From NCBI GenBank assembly GCA_965645245.1, contig OZ287088.1, positions 682,001 through 746,000 of the forward strand: DNA of 64,000 bases, read 5' to 3'. Shown one piece after another: positions 50,054 to 61,669 of this stretch. The translations under genes were made by a program, and so were the position numbers. The first letter of the stretch is position 1; each line of letters opens with the position of its first letter. Source of the DNA: Massalongia carnosa (Eukaryota). Under the pieces are notes generated by a model. That model had not been told where the DNA came from, did not search any database, and was given only the letters and a program-made list of their open reading frames with translations.

Positions 50054-51284
50054 TTACTTTGTCAGTTGACCGTATCTCTGAGCTAAGTCTCTCAAATCAT
50101 TAAGCATTCTATGGAATTTCATTAGCGACGGCCCTGATGACAAGACTGCGAAAGAAATCTATACTGCTCTCTAAGCGAGTGATTTTCTGTGAAGAGAGCC
50201 GATACGTGCGTATTGAATCTCCTATTCCAACGTTAACTTTTCATCAGCATCTGCGGTAATCTTGGAATCGCATTCTCACAGTTTGTAAAGGTCTAGGCGG
50301 CCGTCGTAATCCTCTTCAGGAGGGGATATCTGAACATAAGAGCGGTACGCTTCCAGGTATTCGTCCCCAAATTTATTGCAAATTGGCCGCCATTGTCCAA
50401 ACTCATCTTCATTGCGCGTACATGTAAGCCTCATCAAATCTGTCGCCCCTGGATCATCAGTCAACTTACATTCGTTGTGAGCGTAGAAACAGCACGCATC
50501 GAAGATAAGAGAGTCGCCATTATCCACATCAACCCCAGAGTTTGCGTACCAAAGATCTCCGTGCACAAGCGAGGGCTTCACGAATCGACCCTCGCTCTCG
50601 AGTGGGCGAAGCAGACGAGGTATAACCTTATCAAAAAGGGCTGGAACTAGCACATCAAACTCGGGATCCGGCCCCTTGGCTTCGAGTTCAAGTTTGAGGG
50701 CCAGCCTCATGCTATTTGTAAAGTAAGTCTCCCAGCTTCCTTCCCATTCGTTCATCTGGGGCAAATTGCCGCTGTAAGTGGTTATGTGGAAGCCGAATTT
50801 GCCGTTCGGAGACTTGCTATTTTGATGGAGCGCTGCTAAACTGGAGGTAAACTTTTGTGGGTCAGGCATTTCGTCTACCATGTCTCGATATTGGCATAAG
50901 AGAAAGTGCGTGTCCGGTATGGTCTCGTATGTTCCCCAGGCAATTGGCTTTGGTGCGAAGTCGGGCATGAGAGCATATATAGCCTTCATGGACTCGAACT
51001 CCCCGTGCACCATATTCTTCCCTATCTCTTTTGATAAAACTTTTATAAAAAATGACTGTGGTGTCCCATCGGCTAGCTCGACGTCGATTCGGCCGGTATT
51101 AGCCCAGAAACTGACGCCATGACCTTGAGTGGATACCACTCGGCAGCCTTCCGGTAGCTCTTGATGTTGATTAGCTGTGGACTTATATATTTGACGAACA
51201 TCATGACTTACGTGCGGCGACCTTTGCGTCAACCTTGGTGTTTGTTGCATCGAATTCGAGACCTTCAGCGCCGTCGTAATTCAT
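50054..51284 (-). CDS. fructosamine-3-kinase / ketosamine kinase family protein (multi-exon)
   Basis: FFIKV, GEFESM, SPNGKFGFHITTYSG, KPSLVHGDLWYAN, FDACCFYAHNE; introns with GT-AG; appears intact. Confidence 0.88.
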
Positions 51285-51994
51285 GAATGATAGGTGTCGT
51301 GCGTTTGTAATAGAAACCTTATGTTTGCTCCTGTCACTTTTGAGACTTAGTGAGCGGAAATTATACCCCTATGTCTTGCCTGCAGTCCCTACATACCAGG
51401 ACAAAGGTTTCGGCGATTAAGAGATTTCACAGCAAAATTCTCACACTTCATGTATCTCACAAACATGTACTCAGTACACAATAAATCAAAGTTCCAACCC
51501 TCACGATTTTAAATTTATATCAAAAGTCCAACGATGATGAGAATTTATAAAGGAGTTCAGTACATGCATCCGATGAAATGAATTAAGATCCAAGCTGAGA
51601 AAAGATCGTAGGAGATATGTATACATTATAGGGCTCGGGTCCTGTGGTGTGAAATGGGCGTCAACGTGCAGACTGGCTACATCGAAGGATTGCGGCACAG
51701 CATGTACAGCGCGAAGCAGCCACGCAGCCCTGTTGCTGTTGACAAGGCATCTGGAGTAGAACGAATCAATGATCAACCCGTAGCGCCGCTTGGGAAACGA
51801 GGGACCAATTGCTTGGATAAGTGACTCGAACCGACCAAAATTGTCCGGAAAGTTCCATAAGAACAAGAAGCCCCCCTCGTATATGGCCTCTGATCTTCTG
51901 GTCCAAAGACGTCATCCAGACATTCCGCAAAAATACCTAACCCCTCCGAGCCGTTTCGCGAACAAATCTTTCTTGACCTGCCTTTGTGTCTGTG

Positions 51995-52534
51995 ATGACA
52001 TCCGAACCCTCTCACCCAACCATCGCAGCGGGCGATCATAATGGATACATGGAATATGCCATTGAACAGGCTCGTCTGTCGCCTCCAGCACCCACGAAAT
52101 TTTGCGTGGGAGCAGTCCTCGTCGATGCAGATAAAAACGAAATCTTATCGACTGGATATTCCATGGAATTGCCCGGGAATATACCTGGAGACCCTGGGAA
52201 AACACATGCAGAGCAGTGCTGCTTCATCAAAGTGGCTCAAAGGCACAATCTTCCAGAGGAGCGATTAGGCGAAGTGTTACCGAAAAACACAGTCCTGTAT
52301 ACGACCATGGAGCCGTGCAACAAGAGACTGAGTGGGCATAGGACCTGCGTTGAGAGGATCTTAAGACTCAACGGTGCTATTAAAGCTGTCTATGTGGGGA
52401 TCAAAGAGCCGGAGATATTCATTGGTAAGAATGTGGGTATGATGAGACTAGAGGATGCAGGCGTCGTGGTTGAGTTTGTGGATGGAATGAAGGATCGCAT
52501 TTTGGAAGTCTCTACCGCAGGGCATGAAAAGTGA
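51995..52534 (+). CDS. Zn-dependent cytidine-deaminase-fold protein (similar to the Rib2/DRAP deaminase domain)
   Basis: FCVGAVLV, HAEQCC, YTTMEPCNKRLSGHRTC (HxE...PCxxxxxxxxC). Confidence 0.85.
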   Translation: MTSEPSHPTIAAGDHNGYMEYAIEQARLSPPAPTKFCVGAVLVDADKNEILSTGYSMELPGNIPGDPGKTHAEQCCFIKVAQRHNLPEERLGEVLPKNTVLYTTMEPCNKRLSGHRTCVERILRLNGAIKAVYVGIKEPEIFIGKNVGMMRLEDAGVVVEFVDGMKDRILEVSTAGHEK

Positions 52535-53059
52535 AGTAAATGTGAACCAGTGTCGCAACGAGCACCAGCTAGCAAGACACATTTGATAGTCTGACGAGGC
52601 CGTGGTTAATGTCTCTCTCGCAGTTCGTTTGGTAAATGTGTATTATCCTCAAAGTTGTTACGAGAGGTACTTGATAACACGAATAGATGATAGACGATTG
52701 ATTTATTATTGTAGGAAAGAAACTAAATAATGTGTAAATGACTATAATGATGAGAAATCCGTGTAGATAAATCCTGTGTTGATAGAGTTATATTCACGTT
52801 CATTCGGAATTGTTTTTCAATCATCTTCGTTTGTATCTTGCCTTGGCTACGTACTACATTTACCTCATCACCTCGAACTATCCAACACTTAAAAGATCCA
52901 CTACATCGCGGCAATGATGCCACGCCGTCGATGATGCTATCAGCAATGGCTCATCTGGGCTGAAACTATTGCTCTTATGTACTTCATTATATTCAACAGA
53001 ATCAGGTTCAAGCAAGCTCTTCCTGGGCCGATCGGAGAGAAAATGTTCTATTAGTACCT

Positions 53060-56000
53060 ATGGTAAGTTCAGAAGGCAAACCCGCTGTGAAAAGCTGGGC
53101 TCAATGAAGGATGATCATGGTGCTCGACCTTCCTGCACTTTCCTGACCTTGACCGAATCATGCATAGTCGATTAGAAGTTTTCGGCGCAAGGACACTGAC
53201 TGGTCTTCCACCACCATCAACGTGACCACCACCTTCACCGACGATGGCGTGGATGATTCGAAAGGTCCCCTCGGATTGAACCTCCTCCACTCCCCCTCGG
53301 AGCCTCTCGTTGACTTGATTTTCGTGCACGGCCTTGGCGGCGGTTCCCGAAAGACATGGAGCAAGACGAGCTCGGTCACACTCTTTTGGCCGCAGGAATG
53401 GCTTCCTAAAGATCCTGCGTTCAAGAACGTGCGAGTGCACAGTTTCGGGTACAATTCAGACTGGATCAAGGGTAGAGAAAACTGCCTGAATATCCATCAC
53501 TTCGGCAAGTCATTGCTGGGCGAAATGAACACATCGCCTTATCTGGGGGGTACAAACACGCCCATAGTGCTCATAGGACATAGCATGGGAGGCTTGGTTA
53601 TCAAGAAGGCCTACATGTTAGCCAGGCAAGATGCAGCTTATGAGGCTCTGTCAAAACGGTTTCATACAATCTACTTTCTTGCGACGCCCCATAGAGGTTC
53701 TGGCTTGGCCAAGCTCTTGAACAACATCCTTCAGATTGCCTACTCGTCTCGGGCTTACGTCGCAGACCTTGAACAAGGCTCCGGAGCTATTCAATCTATT
53801 AACGATGAGTTTCGCCAATATTCCGCCGACATAGATCTCTGGTCATTTTACGAAACTCAGAAACTCAGTAGAGGAGTCTTCAGTACACTCATTGTTGATC
53901 CTGATTCGGCTACGCTAGGGTATCGCGAAGAGAAACAGATGCCAATGAACGCTGATCACCGTTCAATCTGCAAATTCGAGACACCAACAGACCCAAACTA
54001 CGTAATCCTTCGCAATGCACTAATGTCGACCGTTAATAGTATCTCCAAGCTAGGTATAACACACTCATTAATCTATGATAGACCTCGCTAAGAATTTTAT
54101 AGAGCTAAAATCAAAAGAGAAACTACGGCACAACCAGGTTAAGGACCTGGAAAAGTATTTGGGTTGGTCTGATAAGCTAGAAGATGACCTCATAACGGTT
54201 GAAGATGCCCGTATGTCCGGAACCTGCGAATGGTTCTCGGCGAAAAAGAGCTACCTGAAGTGGATGGACTTTGCCCGAGATGGACCAAATGTACTCTGGG
54301 TTAATGGAAAGCCAGCAGCTGGCAAGTCTGTTCTTGCAGGCTATGCCATCGATCAGCTACAAAAAACGAATGCAGACTGCAGCTATTTCTTCTTCAAGCA
54401 CGGGGACAAGTCCAAGTCACGGCTTAGTGCCTGTCTCCGGTCACTGGCTTTTCAGATGGCTTGTACGAATGCTCAAGTTCGGGAAACGCTATTGGAGATG
54501 CAAATGGATGATATTCAGTTCGATAGTGATAATGAACGCAGCATATGGCGGAAACTATTTTTATCTGGCATCTTTCAGACCGAGTTTCCCAGGCATTACT
54601 GGGTTATTGATGCTTTAGATGAATGTGTGAATTTTTCTTCCCTTTTTGATCCGATGCTGGCTAAGCTTGATGAATCGATACCGTTACGAATCTTAATCAC
54701 AAGCCGAGAAACTTCTGAGTTGGAGAGGCATTTTTTCAGTCTCGGCACTCCCCGATGTCAATCTGAAAGTATATCAACGGCGGATACTCTTCCTGACATC
54801 AAGCTCCTGGTTGAGGCGAAGACAAGGTCTCTCATTGTGAAGGACGACGAGGACCGTGCTGCCCTAGTTTCAAAGATTCTGGGAAAATCCGAAGGATCTT
54901 TCCTGTGGACGGTCTTGGTCCTCAATGAGTTGTCAAAGTCCTATGGTGAGGAAGATATCATCCAGGTTCTCGACGACGTTCCTCAGGATATGGAACCTTT
55001 ATACCAGAGGACGCTAGAATTAATGTCACAAGCCAAACGCGGGAAGAAGCTTGCTAAAGCTATACTCACTTGGGCAACATGTGCAACAAGGCCGCTGACA
55101 ACGAAGGAGCTCGACCGAGCTCTGAAATTAGAGGTCAAAGACAACTTCCCAAGATTGGAGGATAGTATTGTGGCACTATGTGGACAGCTGGTAACTATTG
55201 ACAAGTTTGGCAAGGTGCAAATGGTGCATGAGACGGCCAGAGAATTCCTCCTCAACAACGACTTGGAATCCGAATTTGCCATTAACAAGACAGAGGCGCA
55301 CACGGGGATCGCTAGAGCATGTCTCACATACCTCACCGGCGAGGAGATGAAGCCCCCTCGAACCAGCAGGCGTAGTTCTGCTATGATTATCCCAGGCAAA
55401 AGGGCCGAGTTTTCACTTTATGCCTGTGCAGCATTCTCATACCATCTAGCCAAGGCTGATCCCCTTGCTCACGATATATTGGTTCTTGTCAATAAGTTCC
55501 TGAAGTCCAATGTCCTGTCGTGGATAGAAGTCATTGCCCAAACACAAAATCTCATCCCTTTGATCCGCACAGCAAAGAATCTTAGGACATATCTCAACTC
55601 ATGCACCGTGGAACGGTCGCCGCTTGGCAGGGATATGCAAACAATAAGAGGCTGGACGACGGATCTCGTCCGTATTGCGGCGAAGTTTGCTGACGCGCTC
55701 ATAATGTCACCATCGGCAATCTACTCGCTTATCCTACCATTCTGTCCTACGAAGTCTACGGTGTACAAAACTGTATACCCTGGCCGGAAGCTCTCGGTAG
55801 TGGGACTTTCAAACGCTCAATGGGACGACCGGCTGGCTTGTATCGACTTCCATCAGAGCCAGACGAGCGCCGTTTCCCATGGTGATGATTTCTTTGCAGT
55901 GGGCTTAACTTCCGGAACAGTTGCACTGTATCACATGGCATCCTGTCAGGAATTCAAAGTTCTTAATCACGGCGAGGCCGTAAAGTTTCTGCAATTCAAG

Positions 56001-57923
56001 AGCAAGACTGATTTGATGGCATCCTGCGGAATGAAGACAATCCGGATCTGGAACATTCACAGCGGCGAAATAATCCACAGTTTCCAATCCACACAACGGT
56101 CTATCGGGTTGGCATTTGACAAGAACCTGCTAATAGCCGCATCTTACAAAAACTACCTGGAATCGTGGGATCTGGACAATGGCGGGGCCAAGCGACCTAA
56201 CAGGCCATGGAATCAATCGGGCGAACTCATGAACACACGACCTCCGTGTGCCATATCGATTTCCGTGAGCCACAAAATGCTGGCTGTCGCTTACAGTGGA
56301 CGACCGATAACACTTTGGGACCTCGAGGAAGATACGTATTACGGCAGCTGCGGGAAGAAACTACCTAATGGCAGAACTAGTACACATCTAGTTACCGCCC
56401 TCGTTTTCAATCCCAACCCAAGTATTGGCCTCCTCGCTGTGTCCTACCTCGATGGTGAACTCGTACTCCTTGATCCGTTTGATGATCAGGATTTGGAGAG
56501 CTTCCGCGCAGATTGCCATACTCTCACGGCTAGTCCAGACGGACGTCTGCTTGCAGGCGGCGCTGGATTTGGAACAATTCAGATCTACGAGTTTGACACC
56601 CTGAGGTTGCTCTACCGGGTCAAATCCTCCAACTTCTACATCAAGCAACTGTCCTTCAGCAGAGACAGCATCCACATTTCCGATATTAGAGGGTCGCAAT
56701 GCAACGTCTGGGAGCCTGCAGTCCTGCTTCGGGACTCTGTGGGTGATGACAGCAGCGAAGGCACATCAACGTCCTTCGTCGAGGTAGTCGCGTCGGACGC
56801 TAGAGTCAAGGTTAGCGCCATGGTCTTGCATCCTAGGGGAGAGGTTGCATTCTGCGGTAAGGATGATGGGTCTGTTTCCCTATATGAGTTGAAGACCGGA
56901 GCCCAGGTGCGGACGCTTTACCGCCACAAGACAATGGTTCGTATCCTTACTTGGTGGCCTCAAAGCGATCTTATCATGAGCATTGATGTATCAAACGGGA
57001 TCTTCATATGGAATCTAACTAATACACAGGATGGATGGGTGGCTGACAAAATACTATTTCAGTCTCGACTGGACTGCGGAAAGTCTATCACTCAAGTCTT
57101 ACTGGGTGAGGCAGCTGGTAAATTCGTCCTGTCAACCCGGGAGTCCGACTACCTTTGGAGCATTAACGGCCAGCAGGAGGACGCACGGGCATACTCGAAT
57201 AGACCAGGGATCCGAAAGTGGATCCAGCACCAACAGTCATCGCTCCACATGATCTGTATCGAAGGCGCAGCCGCTCGCATCTATGCCTGGAGTGACTGGT
57301 CGGAAGTCGCAACCGTGCCCCTCACCGTTGACATGACGGGACTCCAGTTAAAAAGCGTCTACCCCTACATATCGGTCCACAGAGGATGGTTACTCCTCGA
57401 GCTGTCCGAGCTGGATGGCTCGACGATTACGCGTGCCCTGCACCTCCTCGATGCTGCGTCTTTCTGCATCGAGGAAACCCCAGTAAAGGAAACCGTTCCC
57501 GAAGTAGCCAAAGTCATGAAGGATACCGACACGATCTCAATCAGGGGGGAGACTGTAGCAGCATCGGTCTCGATCCCGCTTCTCGGTCCCCAGCTCGCCG
57601 CCCTTGCCCACCGTGTCGCTCACATCGTCGGCCTTAGCGACGCTGGTAAGCTCGTCTTCCTCGACATCCAATCATGGGTCTGCTCCGCAGATCTCGATGG
57701 GCTAGGCGACAACCCAGTTTCATACTCAAGGCATTTCTTCGTGCCATACGACTGGTTCTCCGGGACAAGGGACGTGATCTGCGCTGTCGAACAGCGAGAC
57801 ATCCTCTTTGCGCGGAATGACGACGTTGCAATTGTCAAAGGCGGGCTGGAGTATGCGGAGAAAGTCACTTTGGAGACGAAGGGGACTAAAGAGTTGCTTG
57901 CTGTCCCGCCGGTGGATAGATAG
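53060..57923 (+). CDS. NLR-like protein 2: SesB-like alpha/beta hydrolase - NACHT - WD40
   Basis: ATG|GTAAGT micro-exon with intron 53063-53167; FVHGLGG, GHSMGG, ATPHRGS, ADHRSICKF; GKPAAGKS, VIDALDE; WD40 repeats; intron ~54054-54102. Confidence 0.9.
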
Positions 57924-58644
57924 ATTCGAGTTGATGATTCTGTCTATTCAATAGCCGGAGTCTGTCATAGGTTACTAGCTGGAATTTACTACTTCCTACA
58001 CGCGATAATGGTTTAAAGTACCAAAACGTCAAATGGGAGATGAGACAGATCAATTCGTGTTGTCGATTAAGTATAAGGATTGATTGTGATGTATTATATA
58101 ACGACGAAGTCGGAATAATTGTTATTTTTCTCAAAAGTATAATGAAACTGTTCCATTGAGATGTATCTTGATGAGACGATGTGGAACAAAGTGTAATCGA
58201 AATACTGTTTAATTTCGTCTGGATTAAATCGTTAATGTCAACATAAATAGCCTTGCCTTTGTGGTTATTTAGTTTGAGCCTGTTCGTGTTTGCATCATTG
58301 ATCCTGAGAAAGCAAGATTAGTTGATAATTGTTGAAAACTCCTGTCGAATTTCGAGGCAGCGATAGATCTTGTGGAGGGAGTATCCCTCGGTGGACTTCG
58401 CCTCAAATAGACCCCATATTGATCTATCAGTTCCGTGTTCGACGTTATCAATCCAGAAGAGACTTTGATTGGATGGTTGCAGTCAAATCAGAAGAGGCAG
58501 AGACGCGGGGTGGTACGAATTGAGGGGGACATCTAGATTCGGACTACGACGAGCTTCAACGTCAATTCAACCTTTGAATCTATCGATTCCTGTTCCTAAC
58601 CACAACAACCTGAACAATAACTGAAGATAACACTTAATCCCGCT

Positions 58645-61146
58645 ATGGCTTCAATACAGGAACTGCATTCGATGAACAATCTTAGGTCTGTCGAACAGAT
58701 ACAACTCCTGGATCTGGTTGACTCTCTACGCGCGGAAGGCTTGAGTGAATTCACCGCTCTGCCGCAGTTGATCGTCTGTGGAGATCAATCCAGTGGCAAA
58801 AGCTCCTTGCTTGAAGCCATCTCGGGAGTTCCATTCCCGAGAAAAGATAATCTCTGCACACGATTCGCAACAGAGGTTATCCTACGTCGGGCGCCAGAGT
58901 CGGAAATCACAGTCTCCTTGGTAGGTTTCTGATCCCACCCAACCGCATATGTTCAACCTTTCCGGTTCTAGGTGCCAGGGAAGAGTAGATCGTCTGCAGA
59001 CCAAGAACGGCTATGGCTCTTTCGACACGAAGTGTCCTCCTGCAATGACTTTGTGACTCTCTTTGAGCAAGCTAAGGGCGCCATGGGTCTTTTATCTGTT
59101 GGTGGCAATGCTTTCTCTGAAGACATTCTGCGAGTGGAAATTTCGGGTCCGAAACAGCCACAACTCACCATTGTGGACCTTCCAGGCCTAATACATTCGC
59201 ACAACAAGCATCAAACCGAGCAGGATGTGAAGCTAGTTACGAGCTTGGTTGGCAAGTATATGAAAAATCCAAGGAGTATTATCTTAGCTGTAGTCTCGGC
59301 CAAAAATGATTTCCCGAATCAAATCGTGCGTATCCTACGTTATGCCATATCCATCAGTGTTATTCAAGGCCAATGCTGACACAGTCGGCTTTCCAGATTC
59401 TCACAAAGGCCAGAGAGGTTGATCCCAACGGTCTGCGAACTCTAGGCGTCATAACCAAACCAGATCAGCTGGGAACTGGCACCGATGGTGAGAAGACATT
59501 CTTGAGTCTTGCCAGAAACGAGCAGGTCGAGTTTGACTTGGGTTGGCACGTGGTCAGGAATTTGGACTCCGGGGCGAGCGACGGAATCCAGGACCGAGAT
59601 GCAATTGAAAAGCAATTTTTCGCTGAGAGCAATTTTCGCTCTCTCTCGGCCACGAGTCTAGGTATCGAAAATTTGCGGCAACGACTTAGCATGGTGCTCT
59701 TTGATCAAATCAAGGCCGAGCTGCCAATGCTAATCAAGGATATCGAATCCGGCATTTCAAACTGTCGCCAAGGGCTAGAAAAGCTAGGGCCTACCCGTAT
59801 AACCCTCGATGATCAAAAGAATTTTCTTATTGATTTGAGTGATGATTTCCAGAGACTCTGTGAGGCAGCGGTCAAAGGCGACTACGAGCATGACTTTTTT
59901 TCCGACCGGTCTCTAGAGGATAGACGTCTTGCAGCCAAGATCGCCAATTTGGGAATGGATTTCGAAGAAGACATTCGGATGGATGGCACACAGTGGAAGA
60001 TAGTGGAACGTGCAACAACCACCAATGAACGTAATCGTACCAGAGTACAGGCTATTAAAGATGTGCGCAGATTATTGAGAATGAGCCGTGGCCGGGAAGT
60101 AGGAACCCCTCTTCGCTGTAGACCGTATACCTTGAAGCATGCACTAAGTTTATCCCGAATTAGTTGCCGGGTTTCCCAAATTCATTGATCGTTGGTGAAG
60201 TCTTCCGTGAATACAGCAGACCTTGGGAAGATTTGGCACGCCAGTACATTAACGATGTCTGGGATACTACGAAAAGTTTTGTGGAGCAAGCATTGCAATA
60301 TTTAACAGATGCCACAGTCAGCGACGCCTTGCTCCGGTACTTGCTCGATCCTATCATGGATAGCAAGCTTAAGTTGGCGTTTGCAAAACTTGATGGGCTG
60401 ATGTTAGTTCACAAAGAACATCCGGAAACAAGAAACCACTATTTCACAGATATGTACAATGCGCTTCAGAAAAAGCAATCGGACATCAAGACTACCAACG
60501 TGCTGAAAAAAGCATTCGAAAAACGAGAGGAGATGACCGAAGCTGACATTCCCTTCCTTGCGAGTATGCTGCAAGAGAAGCCCGAGGCTGATATGGATCT
60601 CATTGCTGCGGAATCCACATATAATGCGATGGAGGCATTCTACAGAGTACATTTTCTGAGCTCACGATATCCAGATTTTCCGCTCACATCGACTTAGGTT
60701 TCGATGAAACTGTTCATCGATAACGTGCCAAATCTAGTCGTTCGAACGACTATCGCCTCCCAGCTATCATTTATGTTTTGTCCCAAATCAGTCTTCGCGA
60801 TGAGCTCAGACATGGTGACAAAGATAGCGTCGGAGTCCGCTGACAAGAAGATCAGACGCCAGGAAATAAGCGAAAAACTTAAGGCCTTGGAAGCCGGCAA
60901 CGCCCTCTGCAAGCAGTATGCCCTTCGTGTAACTTCATGTGAGTCATCTCGCTCTTATTCCTGCAGGGATTCTTCAATTGACAAGACCTAGCACGAATAC
61001 TACAAGATCCGCAGGCAGCTAGGCAGAGGAGATATTCGTCAGGTCAATCATCAATCGTGTCGTCAGTCGCAGACGGGTCAAGAGAAGAGACCCCGGTTGA
61101 TAGAGCCTCAGATTCTACAGTTCCTGATTTACAGACCGAGTTATAG
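58645..61146 (+). CDS. dynamin-like (Mx-type) GTPase, multi-exon
   Basis: G1 GDQSSGKSS, G2 CTRF, G3 DLPG, G4 TKPD, LGWHVVRN, GRE-LPG, GED-like MKLFIDNV. Confidence 0.9.
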
Positions 61147-61669
61147 TCTACCGAAAACTAGTCTATAGGGACGCTGATAACGAAGGCAATTAAGATGAAT
61201 AGGAAAGAAAAACTCGAAAGGTCGGGCTCGTCTCTATGCAGCATCTTGTTCTTTGATCTTCTTGCGATAAGATCGCAAAAGAATTTCCCGCGCTATTTTG
61301 TGGTTCGTGTCGAGCAGGATCACGAGCGTGACATCATTTAGGATTCTCGTCAACGTCAGGGTCCTGGCCTGACCTGACATGTTCTGGTAGCCATCTGACC
61401 TGATCTGGCCCGATCTGACCTTTCATCTAGAGCGACCGTAGATGCCGTAGATGCTGCATCGTTCTGATTTGATCGAGTCGATCACGAGATAACGTGACTC
61501 GTCTAGGCGATAGCGCGCCTCGCTTGACTGGCTAGCGCGTCACAGTGGATTATGTTTGGATGTTCAGCGATGATTACTTCTTTTCTTTCTTTCCATGTTG
61601 TTAAATTTTCGTTCATATCGACTGAATGATATCAGGGCCAGCTGCCTGATAGCGTATATTCAATCAAGG

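Noticed and set aside
49970..50155. Hammerhead ribozyme cores (CTGATGA...GAAA)
   Set aside because: Required flanking stems are not found; one occurrence is antisense to an FN3K intron
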